Made by a program: the position numbers and the translations under genes
The notes under the pieces: model-generated
What the model was told of the DNA's origin: nothing
Databases searched by the model: none
The model's input: only the letters and a program-made list of their open reading frames with translations
Part shown: positions 10,337-19,745 of the stretch, piece after piece
How the letters are laid out: every line of letters starts with the position of its first letter
Numbering within the stretch: position 1 is the first letter of the stretch
NCBI GenBank assembly: GCA_963842945.1
Contig: CAWJIM010000019.1
Location: 224,001 to 288,000, forward strand
From: an uncultured Gemmatimonadales bacterium
GTDB taxonomy: Bacteria > Gemmatimonadota > Gemmatimonadetes > Gemmatimonadales > GWC2-71-9
Length of the DNA: 64,000 nt
Reading direction: 5' to 3'

Positions 10337-10679
10337 TCTGCGAGACGCTCAAGCCCGCGTTCACGCCTGGATCCGCCAATACGAAGAAGGCTACTTCGAT
10401 CCGCTCACCAACCTGGCCCGGCTGGCGGAGGAGGTGGGCGAGCTGGCCCGGGAGATCAACCACCGCTTCGGCCAGAAGACCAAGAAGCCGGAGGAGCCCG
10501 AGGGCGACCTCGGCATGGAGATGGCCGACATTCTGTTCGTGCTCATCTGCATGGCCAACCGCGAGGGGATCGATCTGCAGGACGCGTTTGATCGGATGAT
10601 GGGGAAAGTCGAAGCCCGTGACCAGGATCGGTGGACGAAGAAGAGCGTGAGCGGGGACAGCAGAAAGCGTGAGCGGTGA
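10296..10679 (+). CDS. MazG-like nucleotide pyrophosphohydrolase (YpjD type)
   Basis: RLAEEVGELAREINH and EMADILFVLICMAN. Start codon uncertain. Confidence 0.88.
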   Translation: MRTSPSSELPAPSSLRDAQARVHAWIRQYEEGYFDPLTNLARLAEEVGELAREINHRFGQKTKKPEEPEGDLGMEMADILFVLICMANREGIDLQDAFDRMMGKVEARDQDRWTKKSVSGDSRKRER

Positions 10680-10685
10680 GCGGGC
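10644..10685. repeat. GCGTGAGCG(GTGAGC) repeat, left of rsgA
   Basis: AGCGTGAGCGGGGACAGCAGAAAGCGTGAGCGGTGAGCGGGC, with an inverted counterpart at 11655-11716. Confidence 0.75.
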
Positions 10686-10755
10686 CACGTTCATGGTAGT
10701 TCAGCCGCTTCGCTCGCTCCAGTCCGCTGCTCCCGCTTTTGCCGCTTCCCCCGCT

Positions 10756-11688
10756 TCACTCCCATTCCGCCGGCGCGCTCTCCAGCTCCTCCAGCAATAT
10801 CCGGTAGCTCTCCAGCCGGTCGGCCTGGACCCTGCCCTCCTCCACTGCGGCCCGGATCCGGCAGCCCGGCTCGCTGATGTGGCGGCAATCGCCGTAGCGG
10901 CACTCGCCGATGAAGGGCCGCATCTCGGGAAAGCAGCTGGCCAGCTCCCGAGGCTCGATGCCCCAGAGTCCCACCTCGCTGAATCCCGGCGTGTCCACCA
11001 GGAAGCCTCCCGCGTCGAGCGGCAACATCACCGCGGAGACGGTGGTGTTCTTGCCCCGGCGCACCCGGGCGCTGATCTCGCCGATTCGGAGCTTGAGCCC
11101 CGGCTGCACGGCATTGAGCAGGCTGGATTTTCCCGCACCCGATGGCCCGGTCACCACCGAGACGCGTCCCTTCAACGCTTCGGCGAACTGGTCGATGCCC
11201 TGCCTGGTCTTGACGCTGGTAGGATAGACGACGTAGCCGGCGGCGCGGCAGCGCTCGATGAGCTCGGTGCCCGGCTCGAGCTCCACCTTGTTCACCACCA
11301 CGGCGGCAGGAATCGAATTGGCTTCGGCTACCACGAGGAGCCGGTCGATCAGCTGGGGAATGGGGGCGGGATCCACCGTCGCGGTGACCACGAAGACTTC
11401 GTCGATGTTGGCCGCCACCGGGCGGGTGCCGCGGCCCTCGGGCACCCGGCGCTCCAGGAGAGTAGTGCGGGGCTCGACGCCGACTATCCCGAAGACCTCT
11501 CCCTCGGCCTCGGGCTCCAGCCGGACCCGATCGCCCACCACGACCCGGGGAGTCTCTCGCTTTGCCTTGCCCCGGAGGATGGCCCGAATCTCCCGGCCGG
11601 GAGCCGCCACCCGGTATACCGATCCATCCCGTTCCAGGATGGTTCCTACCAGGTGCTCACCGCTCACGCTGCTGCTGTTCCCGCTCAC
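10756..11688 (-). CDS. rsgA: Ribosome small subunit-dependent GTPase A
   Basis: Circularly permuted GTPase: VVNKVE, GPSGAGKSSLLN, RGKNTT, VDTPGF and CRYGDCRHISEPGC zinc finger. Start lies within the repeat and is uncertain. Confidence 0.95.
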   Translation of the reverse strand: MSGNSSSVSGEHLVGTILERDGSVYRVAAPGREIRAILRGKAKRETPRVVVGDRVRLEPEAEGEVFGIVGVEPRTTLLERRVPEGRGTRPVAANIDEVFVVTATVDPAPIPQLIDRLLVVAEANSIPAAVVVNKVELEPGTELIERCRAAGYVVYPTSVKTRQGIDQFAEALKGRVSVVTGPSGAGKSSLLNAVQPGLKLRIGEISARVRRGKNTTVSAVMLPLDAGGFLVDTPGFSEVGLWGIEPRELASCFPEMRPFIGECRYGDCRHISEPGCRIRAAVEEGRVQADRLESYRILLEELESAPAEWE

Positions 11689-11716
11689 CGCTCACGCTTT
11701 GCGGTGCCCGCTCACG
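11655..11716. repeat. GCTCACCGCTCACGC repeat, right of rsgA
   Basis: Two GCTCACCGCTCACGCT copies plus CCCGCTCACG; near reverse complement of 10644-10685. Confidence 0.75.
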
Positions 11717-11721
11717 GCTTT

Positions 11722-12036
11722 TCACCAGCTTTCCGGCGCTTGGGATATGGCTTCGTCCAGCGCGGCTTTGACATCGTACAACGAGAGATTCTCCAGCCGA
11801 GCCTCCGCTTCCTCAGGTGTCCGGCCCCAGGCCAGGGTGTCGGTTTCAAGGTGCCCAACCGGCCGGTCTCCACCGGGCGACCAGCGCACGAACAGGAGGG
11901 CCGCGCCATACATCCCTCTGACATCGGGCTCTTCGTCCACGTAGATGGCCACGGAATAGGACTGGCCGTCGCTGCCGCCGAAGGCGGCCGCCCGGTCGTG
12001 CTTTCGCATGTAACCACCCAGCGTGAACTCGCTCAC
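11722..12036 (-). CDS. Hypothetical protein
   Basis: GTG start overlaps the proline dehydrogenase TGA; globular-looking 104-aa ORF within the operon. Confidence 0.7.
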   Translation of the reverse strand: MSEFTLGGYMRKHDRAAAFGGSDGQSYSVAIYVDEEPDVRGMYGAALLFVRWSPGGDRPVGHLETDTLAWGRTPEEAEARLENLSLYDVKAALDEAISQAPESW

Positions 12037-12962
12037 CGGCCCGGCGCTGACTCCCGTACGAGGTTCCCCAGAATAAAGGCGATATTGGCGGGCCGTTCCG
12101 CCAGCCGCCGCATGAGATAAGGATACCATTGGGTCCCGAAGGGGATATAGACCCGCATGTTGTACCCGGCCTGCTTGAGGCGCGCCTGGAGGTCACGCCG
12201 AACGCCGTACAGCATCTGAAACTCGTACCGCTCGGGTTTGATCTGCTCTCGCCGGGTAAACTGCCGCGCATGCTCGATGATTTTCTCGTCGTGGGTGGCG
12301 ATGCCGGGGTAGTTCCCCTCCCGCAGCAGCTGCTCCATCAGCCGAACGTAGTTCCGGTCCACGTCTTTCTTGTCGGGGAACGCGACCGTCGGGGGCTCGA
12401 GGTAGGCACCCTTGCAGAGCCTCACCCGGGCCTTGAGCCGAATCAGATCGCCGATGTCGGCCTCGGAGCGGCGGAGAGCCGATTGGATCACCACCCCGCA
12501 GTTCTCTCGATGGCTGTCGAACAGCCGCGTGGTAAAGAAGTCCAGCGTCTTCTGAGTGTATTCCGAGCTTTCCATATCCAGGCGAACGAAGCCCCTCAGG
12601 GCTCTGGCCTTGTCCAGGATCCGGATCATGTTCGCCTGGCAGAGATTCTCATCGATGTCGATCCCCATCTGGGTCAGCTTGACCGACACGTTGACCTCTT
12701 GGCCGGCCTGGGCCAGCCGGTCGAGCATCTGCAGGTACTGATCGCGGGCCGCGATCGCCTCCGCCTCTACGGTGACGCTTTCGCCCAGGAGATCGAGGGA
12801 GGCGGTGATGCCGCGCTGGGCCAGCTCTCCCGCAGCCACAACGGCTTGATCGATGGTTTCTCCTGCAACGAAACGGGAGGCGAACTTCCGGGCGAGCCGA
12901 TTGCGTCGGACGAAATCGAAGACTCTGCGCTGCTCCGATAACCAGAGCAGACTCTGTCGCAT
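12033..12962 (-). CDS. Monofunctional proline dehydrogenase
   Basis: RFVAGE, SVKLTQMG, RLDME, VRLCKGAY, IATHD, FQMLYG and YLMRRLAERPAN. Confidence 0.95.
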   Translation of the reverse strand: MRQSLLWLSEQRRVFDFVRRNRLARKFASRFVAGETIDQAVVAAGELAQRGITASLDLLGESVTVEAEAIAARDQYLQMLDRLAQAGQEVNVSVKLTQMGIDIDENLCQANMIRILDKARALRGFVRLDMESSEYTQKTLDFFTTRLFDSHRENCGVVIQSALRRSEADIGDLIRLKARVRLCKGAYLEPPTVAFPDKKDVDRNYVRLMEQLLREGNYPGIATHDEKIIEHARQFTRREQIKPERYEFQMLYGVRRDLQARLKQAGYNMRVYIPFGTQWYPYLMRRLAERPANIAFILGNLVRESAPGR

Positions 12963-13058
12963 GATCAGATAGGTACCCCGCCGCTACGTTGAATGCATGA
13001 CAGAAATCGCACCCGAAGCTAGCCAACCCGGGAAAAATTCACCACAACTCCAAAGGAA

Positions 13059-13257
13059 CTCACCACGGAGACACGGAGGGCACGGAGGCTGCACGGACTG
13101 CTGATCAGACATCACGCACAAGACTTTTGGTCAGAAGCACACCAGTCTGGTTCAATTCAGGGGGATACAATGGTGTGCTGTTAACTAAAGAGTTCTGTGC
13201 GCAATGTGTGATAACCGGTCCGTGCTGCCTCCGTGTTTTCCGTGCTTCCGTGGTGAG
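13059..13257. repeat. MITE-like element: ~42-bp imperfect terminal inverted repeats built of CACGGA 9-mers around an AT-richer core
   Basis: CTCACCACGGAGACACGGAGGGCACGGAGGCTGCACGGACTG (13059-13100) matches the reverse complement of 13215-13257, CTCACCACGGAAGCACGGAAAACACGGAGGCAGCACGGACCGG. Confidence 0.75.
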
Positions 13258-13349
13258 GCTGTCTCCATGTGATACCCGTCACGGGTTTGCCGTCGGATTC
13301 TGATATTGTGAATTGGATTCTCACCTCGGGTTTCTCTTCAGGCGGAACA

Positions 13350-14519
13350 ATGGCAACTCGGCACCGGTCAGGGCAGACACGGCAGCGGCGGTGGAGGCGG
13401 GTGGAGAAGAAGGTGATCAAGCGGATGCGTAAGGTCGCCACTCCCCCGCCTGAGGTCGTGAGCGATCCGGTCGAGTCCGCTCAGGCTGCCGGCCTCCGCT
13501 ATGTGAGCGACACCCAGCCGGGGATCCGCCGGAAGCGGGCCGGCAAAGGATTCGTGTACGTGGGGGCGGACGGCAGGACGATTCGTGACGCCAAGGAGCT
13601 GACCCGGATTCGCTCGCTCGCCATTCCGCCGGCGTACACCGACGTGTGGATCTGCCCCAGCCCCAACGGACACATCCAGGCCACCGGCCGGGACGCGCGC
13701 GGGCGGAAACAGTACCGCTATCACCCCAAGTGGCGCGAGGTCCGGGACGAGACCAAGTTCGGCCGCATGCTGGCCTTCAGCCAGACGCTGCCGAAGATCC
13801 GGGCCCGGCTCGAGCGCGACCTCAGCCTGCCGGGGCTCCCCCGCGAAAAGGTCCTGGCTACTGTGGTCCGGCTGCTCGAGTGCACGTGCATCCGGGTGGG
13901 CAACGATGAGTACGCCAAGTCCAACCGCTCCTTCGGACTCACCACTCTCCAGGACCGCCACGTCGAGATCTCCGGGTCCAATCTCCGGTTCGAGTTCCGC
14001 GGCAAGAGCGGCAAGATGCACAAGGTCGACCTCAATGATCGCCGCCTCGCCCGGATTGTGGAGCGCTGCCAGGATCTGCCGGGCGAAGATCTGTTTCAGT
14101 TCCTGGATGATGACGAGGTGCGGCAGACCATTGGATCGGGCGACGTCAATGAGTACATCCGGGAGATCTCCGGCCAGGAGTTCACCGCCAAGGACTTCAG
14201 GACCTGGGCCGGCACTCTGCTCGCGATCGAAGCGCTGACCAAGATCGGCTCCTTCTCGACGCAGCGAAACGCAAAGTCCAACGTCCTCAAGGCCATCGAC
14301 CAGGTGGCCGAGCAGCTGAACAACACCCGCTCAGTCTGCCGGAAGTACTATGTGCACCCCGCCGTGTTGGAGTCCTACATGGATGGCAACCTGCTGGAGC
14401 ATCTGGGCAACGGCAGCAAGCAGAGCGCCAAGAACGAACTGGCGGCCAACGAGGCGGCAGCGGTCCGCCTGCTCCAACGGCATATCGGGAACGCCGCTAA
14501 CGGAAATGGGAAGAAGTGA
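13350..14519 (+). CDS. Bacterial DNA topoisomerase IB
   Basis: GRDARGRKQYRYH, IRVGN, FRGKSG, TAKDFRTW and VCRKYYVHP (catalytic Tyr). Confidence 0.93.
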   Translation: MATRHRSGQTRQRRWRRVEKKVIKRMRKVATPPPEVVSDPVESAQAAGLRYVSDTQPGIRRKRAGKGFVYVGADGRTIRDAKELTRIRSLAIPPAYTDVWICPSPNGHIQATGRDARGRKQYRYHPKWREVRDETKFGRMLAFSQTLPKIRARLERDLSLPGLPREKVLATVVRLLECTCIRVGNDEYAKSNRSFGLTTLQDRHVEISGSNLRFEFRGKSGKMHKVDLNDRRLARIVERCQDLPGEDLFQFLDDDEVRQTIGSGDVNEYIREISGQEFTAKDFRTWAGTLLAIEALTKIGSFSTQRNAKSNVLKAIDQVAEQLNNTRSVCRKYYVHPAVLESYMDGNLLEHLGNGSKQSAKNELAANEAAAVRLLQRHIGNAANGNGKK

Positions 14520-14592
14520 GGAACGTGAGGAACGACGGAACGACGGAACGACGGAAGACTTTCCTTACGGTTCCGTCACGTTCCTCACGTTC
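14516..14592. repeat. GTGAGGAAC/GACGGAAC repeat hairpin starting at the topoisomerase stop codon
   Basis: GTGAGGAACGTGAGGAACGACGGAACGACGGAACGACGGAAG followed by GTTCCGTCACGTTCCTCACGTTC. Confidence 0.8.
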
Positions 14593-15069
14593 ATCGCTTG
14601 TTCCCCTTCAGGCGACAAGACCGCTGTGAAGGCCGACTGGAGCCGGGTTCCGGTCGCGGTCGAGTTGCGATTGGCCCAGGGTGCTTCCGGCCCTGACATG
14701 GTCCGCCAAGAGGTGTTCGGTCAGGGTCAGACGGTATATCTCAGTCCTCGAGCTCAGATCTCCAACGCGGACATTGCCCGAGTAGAGGCGGTGAAGACCA
14801 GGATCGGAAAGGGGCTGATCCTGCAGGTTTGGTATACCAAGTCCGGAGCCAAGCGGATTGCGGAGTTGACCAGGCAGCATATCGGCGACAGTCTCGCCGT
14901 ACTGATTAATTCAGTCGTCGTGGCAATCCCCGTCATTCAAGAGCCTATCAACCCCGGCACGCAGACCTCGAGCGACATCGGAGTTCCCCTGGAACCCAAA
15001 GAGGCCAACCAGCTGGCCGCTGCGGTGTCGAAGACCTGGCCGGCGGGCGGTAAGGCGGTAAAGCGGTAA
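14516..15069 (+). CDS. Probable lipoprotein with SecDF P1 head-like domain; start uncertain
   Basis: FIAC lipobox-like motif; ISNADIARV...GAKRIAELTRQHIGDSLAVLINSVVVAIPVIQEPI...EANQLAAA. Confidence 0.6.
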
Positions 15070-15117
15070 GGCGGTCGTTCCCCACGTTCCAGTCGTTCCC
15101 CACGTTCCTCACGTTCC
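15046..15117. repeat. (AAGGCGGT)n array followed by a GTTCCYCAC array (inverse of 14516)
   Basis: GGCGGTAAGGCGGTAAAGCGGTAAGGCGGT then CGTTCCCCACGTTCCAGTCGTTCCCCACGTTCCTCACGTTCC. Confidence 0.75.
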
Positions 15118-15295
15118 GCCCTGTGTGACCCTCGCGCTCCTCCGGCGTCTCCCTCCTGAGATCCTGACTGGCGCGGCCCCTCCTCGATCCTTCCCCAAGT
15201 CGTTCGTTCCCCGCCAGCGGGATCTCACACCGCGGGACATGTCGTTCATGCCCGAAACGTTCGTGGAACCAGTGCCGTTGTTTAAGGTAGGTCCT

Positions 15296-16420
15296 ATGGC
15301 GATTCCGCTGATCCCCGGTCGCCAACGGCTGGCGTGGACCCTGGTGCTGGCCGGGTGGACTCTGGTCGGCCTGGGATATTTCGCATCGCTCAGATACGGC
15401 ATGGCACCGGCGCAGACTGGGACGGAGATCCAGCTCCTCGTGTATGCGGTCGGGACGTCCTGGATCTGGGCCGCTCTGACTGCTCCCGTGCTGCAGGTAA
15501 CCGGCAATACCGGTTTCACCGCAGATCGTGCCGCCCACAGCAGCGGCATCTACGGCCTGGCGGCAGCCGGATTTTTTCTGATCTCCGGCTCCCTCGAGTG
15601 GGCGCTCGGCCGGTCAACCGGGATGATCGCGCCGGGCCAGTTCTGGACTACCCTCTTTACCGAATGTCTAGGAACTCGCCTGCTCGCCTTTCTCTCGATC
15701 GTCACCCTCGGCTGGGCCGCCCGATACTTTGCGCTCTACCGTACCCGTCATCTCGACGCATCGGAGCTGGAGGCGCGGCTGGTCCGAACTCACCTGCAGG
15801 TGCTCAAGATGCAGCTGCAGCCCCATTTCCTCTTCAACACCCTGAACACCATCGCCGAGCTGGTGCACACCGATCCGGAAGCGGCGGACCAGATGATCAC
15901 CCGGCTGGGACGGCTGCTCCGCCTTTCGCTGGATCATGCGAGCCATCAGGTGGTGCCACTGCGCCAGGAAGTGGACTTCCTCCGGGTGTACGCCGAGATC
16001 GAACAGGTCCGATTTCAGGACCGTCTGCAGATGGTATGGGATGTGGCACCGGAAACTCTCGAGGGCGCGGTCCCCACGCTGCTGCTGCAGCCGGTCCTGG
16101 AGAACGCCATTCGGCACGGGGTGACGCCCATGGCCGGACGCGGGCGCATCGTGATCGCGTCGCGGTGCGAGGGTGAGGACCTGGTGCTGGAGATAGGCGA
16201 CAACGGACAGGGCCTTCCGCCCGGCGGAGTACCCCGCGAAGGCGTGGGACTGCGGAACGTGCGGGAGCGAGTAGCGCAGCTGTACGGACGGCGGGCTCAC
16301 TTCAGCCTGACGCCGGCGCTGGGCGGCGGAACCATAGCCCGGATGCGGCTGCCGTTCATTCACTGCGACGTGCCGCATACCCCGGTACCGCTCAGCACTC
16401 TGGAGGAACTGGTACGATGA
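15296..16420 (+). CDS. LytS/YehU-family membrane sensor histidine kinase
   Basis: N-terminal TM helices, QLQPHFLFNTLN, LQPVLENAIRHG, DNGQG and GVGLRNV. Start uncertain (15239-15296). Confidence 0.92.
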   Translation: MAIPLIPGRQRLAWTLVLAGWTLVGLGYFASLRYGMAPAQTGTEIQLLVYAVGTSWIWAALTAPVLQVTGNTGFTADRAAHSSGIYGLAAAGFFLISGSLEWALGRSTGMIAPGQFWTTLFTECLGTRLLAFLSIVTLGWAARYFALYRTRHLDASELEARLVRTHLQVLKMQLQPHFLFNTLNTIAELVHTDPEAADQMITRLGRLLRLSLDHASHQVVPLRQEVDFLRVYAEIEQVRFQDRLQMVWDVAPETLEGAVPTLLLQPVLENAIRHGVTPMAGRGRIVIASRCEGEDLVLEIGDNGQGLPPGGVPREGVGLRNVRERVAQLYGRRAHFSLTPALGGGTIARMRLPFIHCDVPHTPVPLSTLEELVR

Positions 16421-17190
16421 CTCTTCGAGTGGTAGTAGCCGACGACGAACCGATCGGCCGGCAGCGCCTGGTCCGCTTGCTGCAGGCTGAGCCGGAGACG
16501 GAGATCCTGGCGGCCTGCGCGGATGGTGAGGAGGCGGTGGAGGCCATCCGGGAGTACGCCCCCGATGTGGTCCTGCTCGACATCCAGATGCCCAATCTGG
16601 ATGGCTTCGAGGTGGTGGCGGCGCTGGGAGAGGCCCAGCAGCCGGCGGTCATCTTCGTTACCGCGCACGATCAGTACGCCCTCCGGGCCTTCGAGGTCCA
16701 CGCCTTCGATTACCTGCTGAAGCCGGTAGATCAGGAACGGTTGCGCGACGCGTTGGAACGGGCCCTGTCGCCGGGAAACCGGGCGCCCCAGGTCAGCACG
16801 ACCCGGCGAATTCTCACGCTGTTGGAGGAGCTGAACGCCAGGGAACGGGGACGTGGCCGCGAGCGGCTGGTGGTGCGCACGCCGGAACGCGCGTTCTTCC
16901 TTCGAACCGACACGGTGGACTGGGTTGAGGCCGCGGGAAAGTTCGTCCACCTGCACGTCGGCCGCACGGTTCACGCGCTCCGGGAGAGCATGGCGGAGCT
17001 GGAGCAGGAGCTGGATGCCGTGCGTTTCCTGCGAATCAGCCGATCCGCCATCGTCAATGTCGATCGGATCCAGGAGATCCAGCCCTGGTTTCAGGGGGAC
17101 TACGTGTTGATCCTGACCGATGGCACCCGCCTCACCTCCACCCGCGGGTACCGCGACAACATGCGGAAGCTCCTGGGAAGGTCGGCGTGA
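16417..17190 (+). CDS. LytTR-family response regulator
   Basis: Receiver motifs (VADDEP, LDIQMP, FVTAH, LLKP) plus LytTR (FLRISRSAIVN); ATGA overlap with the kinase. Confidence 0.95.
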   Translation: MTLRVVVADDEPIGRQRLVRLLQAEPETEILAACADGEEAVEAIREYAPDVVLLDIQMPNLDGFEVVAALGEAQQPAVIFVTAHDQYALRAFEVHAFDYLLKPVDQERLRDALERALSPGNRAPQVSTTRRILTLLEELNARERGRGRERLVVRTPERAFFLRTDTVDWVEAAGKFVHLHVGRTVHALRESMAELEQELDAVRFLRISRSAIVNVDRIQEIQPWFQGDYVLILTDGTRLTSTRGYRDNMRKLLGRSA

Positions 17191-17596
17191 GGACAGCGGG
17201 ACAGGTTGGCAGCGGGGCAGGGGGCGGCGGGTTTCGGGCTTGTTGCTCGTCCTGGCCCTCGCGTGTGCGGGGCCGAGGCAGAACGTTGATCCCGCTCCGG
17301 AGGATGAGCCCAAGGGGTTCCTCCTGCTATTGACCAACCGTTATCTGCTCGACGTGAACGTCTTTCTCCAGCATGACGGGCAGGCCGACCGTATTGCCAT
17401 GGTCAATTCCGCATCTTCCCGCACGCTCGAGCTCCCACTGCACATGCTGGGACAAGGGGGAGCCATCCGCCTGATCGCGGAGCCCATAGGAGATGACAAC
17501 CGCTATACCACGGACATCCTGACGGTGCAGCCGGGACAGATGGTGGAGTTGAACGTGGAGAATCCGATCGCGCGATCCAACTACAGCATCCAGTGA
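17187..17596 (+). CDS. Hypothetical lipoprotein; start uncertain
   Basis: LLLVLALAC lipobox followed by a beta-rich domain. Confidence 0.6.
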
Positions 17597-17597
17597 G

Positions 17598-18032
17598 TTA
17601 GCGTGATTGCCCGCCGGGCTGGCCGTTGGTTCCTTCCGAGCTTCCCGGCCCGCTCAACAACTGGTAGGCCAGCACCAGACCTGCGGTCACTGCTCCCGCC
17701 AGCAGCCCCGTTCCACCGATCGAGAGTCGGCGCTCCTGCATGCCGGCCAGCGCCTCCCGGGGAAGCCGCACGTGTTCCCCGTGCCAGCCCGACCGGAACC
17801 CTCGGTAGGTCTCGACCTCGTGCACTTCCAGCTCCATGCCGGCGGAGTCCGCGCTGAGCACGCTCCCCTCCAGGTGGAGCACTTCGGGGCCGATCTGACC
17901 CGTGAGATCACGGGAGCCTTCGGTGGTGAGTTGAGCCGAAACGCGATCGCCCGGTGACGGCACTGGATCGGAAACCGGCCGGTAGGTGTAGCAGGACGTC
18001 AGCAGGACGAAGCCGCCAATCAGTGTACGCAT
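17598..18032 (-). CDS. Hypothetical lipoprotein with C-terminal TM segment
   Basis: MRTLIGGFVLLTSC lipobox; lies downstream of susD. Confidence 0.7.
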   Translation of the reverse strand: MRTLIGGFVLLTSCYTYRPVSDPVPSPGDRVSAQLTTEGSRDLTGQIGPEVLHLEGSVLSADSAGMELEVHEVETYRGFRSGWHGEHVRLPREALAGMQERRLSIGGTGLLAGAVTAGLVLAYQLLSGPGSSEGTNGQPGGQSR

Positions 18033-18040
18033 AGTCAAGA

Positions 18041-18102
18041 GTCTGGAGTCCAGGGTCTGGGGTTAAGTCTGTCCTTTGACCCCAGACCCTGGACGCCCGG
18101 AC
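18041..18102. repeat. Hairpin built of 7-mer units downstream of susD
   Basis: GTCTGGAGTCCAGGGTCTGGGGTTAA ... TTGACCCCAGACCCTGGACGCCCGGAC. Confidence 0.7.
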
Positions 18103-18108
18103 ATCCTC

Positions 18109-19728
18109 TCAATTCCCCAACGGTACCGAGCTCACGTAATTCAGCACCGGACAGGGATTCGGATCGTTGGCATTCCGGCCGGTCGACGACACGCCCGGTG
18201 TATTGGGATTGGCGTTGATCTCCGTGATGCCGTAGGGTAGCCGACCCGGTACCGGAACGTTCCCCGGCACCGTACTGGTCGTAGCGGCCGGCGCCGGCGC
18301 CAGCGCCGGGAGGCAGGTCCGCTTGTAGTCGTTCCACGCTTCGATGTTGAGGAAGAGGGTGACGTACTTCTCTTCCATGATGTTCTCCAGCGTAGCCGGG
18401 GCGGATCCGAGCGGGGTCAGGAGGTTGGGTACCGTTCCTCTTGCCCCGTACGACGGCTGAGCCCGGGCCGCATCGAGATAGGGCTGGGCCGCGCCTTGCC
18501 CTCCGGTCTGAAACGCAGCTTCCGCTCCGATCAGCTGGGTTTCGGCGTAGGTGATGACCGGCATCCGCATGTCGCCCGGATCGGTATTGACGTCAATGAA
18601 GTTGAAGTTGGAGAAGTTGGAACCGGCGTCAGTGGGCCCTCCTGCTCCGGCGGGCGATCCGCTGCCGTTATAGATCCCCGGTGCCGTCTGCATGCCGCGG
18701 ATTCCGCCCGGGCGGCGCCCGAAGAATCCCACGGCCACTTCGTCACCGGTGACTTCCGGGTCGGGATCGAACGCTGCCTGCTGGAAATACAGGTTTAACC
18801 GCTCGTCGGTGTCGACCCCGGCCGCAATCCGCCGCTTCAGGATCTCGACCAGGGCACCCCCCGGTGCGATGTCGCCGCGGGCCCCCATGAACTGCCACCA
18901 CACGTTCTGACCGGTGGGCGACTGATCGTGGAACCAGTTCATGTCATTGGCGGGGGTGTTGATGCCCAGCGGCACCTCGGCCAGGGCCAGGGCATAGTGG
19001 GCTGGATCCACTTCGGCCAGGTGCATGTGGTACCGGGCCTTGAGGGAGTGTGCCACCTGGGTGTACACCGCTGCCAGCGCGGCCGCATCGCCTCCCCGGT
19101 CGACGTAGACCAGCTCCGCGTTGTCGGCCGGTGGTCCGGCATTGGGAGGACCCTGCGCCGCCGCCAGGAAGAAAATGGCGGAGTCGAGCTGGGCCAGCAC
19201 GTCGGAATAGACCTGGAGCTGGGGATCGAAGGCCGGTGTTTGATTGGTGGAGTCCGCCGCCTCCCGGTAAGGAATGTCCCCCCAGATCGACGCGGCCATG
19301 CCGATGACCAGCGCCTCGTATACCTTGCCGATTCCGATGTAGATGGAATCGTTCACCGCCCGGGCCAGCTGCTGCATCTTGTGGATGTCGAGCAGCCCTC
19401 CCCCGCCCTGAATGGTGATCGAGGAGCCGTACACCGAGTAGAAGTACCCGTCGACATCAGACGGGCCCAGGCCGTAGAGGTCATAGCCGATCTGCTGCCG
19501 GGAGTGGCCGGCAATCTGCTGCACGTACTCGGCGGCATTTCGGGCCAGCTGGCCTTCGAACTGGACCGACTGCAACGCCTGGATTCCGATGTAGAGCGGC
19601 CCTGGCCGGGTCAGGTTGGTGATGTTGTTGGGGTCCTCGTCCACACCGGGCCCCGAGAGAAAGTCGCCGCAACCGATGGTGCTTCCCGCGAGGGCAGCAC
19701 TCAGCAGCAACAGGAATGTGTGTCGCAT
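18109..19728 (-). CDS. SusD/RagB-family outer membrane lipoprotein
   Basis: Lipobox TIGC, DEDPNN, WGDIPYREA, IMEEKYVTLF, EAWNDYKRT and PGRLPY. Confidence 0.92.
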   Translation of the reverse strand: MRHTFLLLLSAALAGSTIGCGDFLSGPGVDEDPNNITNLTRPGPLYIGIQALQSVQFEGQLARNAAEYVQQIAGHSRQQIGYDLYGLGPSDVDGYFYSVYGSSITIQGGGGLLDIHKMQQLARAVNDSIYIGIGKVYEALVIGMAASIWGDIPYREAADSTNQTPAFDPQLQVYSDVLAQLDSAIFFLAAAQGPPNAGPPADNAELVYVDRGGDAAALAAVYTQVAHSLKARYHMHLAEVDPAHYALALAEVPLGINTPANDMNWFHDQSPTGQNVWWQFMGARGDIAPGGALVEILKRRIAAGVDTDERLNLYFQQAAFDPDPEVTGDEVAVGFFGRRPGGIRGMQTAPGIYNGSGSPAGAGGPTDAGSNFSNFNFIDVNTDPGDMRMPVITYAETQLIGAEAAFQTGGQGAAQPYLDAARAQPSYGARGTVPNLLTPLGSAPATLENIMEEKYVTLFLNIEAWNDYKRTCLPALAPAPAATTSTVPGNVPVPGRLPYGITEINANPNTPGVSSTGRNANDPNPCPVLNYVSSVPLGN

Positions 19729-19745
19729 GGCTGGTCTCCCGCTCG

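Noticed and set aside
13350..14519. Topoisomerase IB as the recombinase for the tRNA array
   Set aside because: It is related to tyrosine recombinases but lies 35 kb away and has no arm-binding domain; nothing in the sequence links the two.
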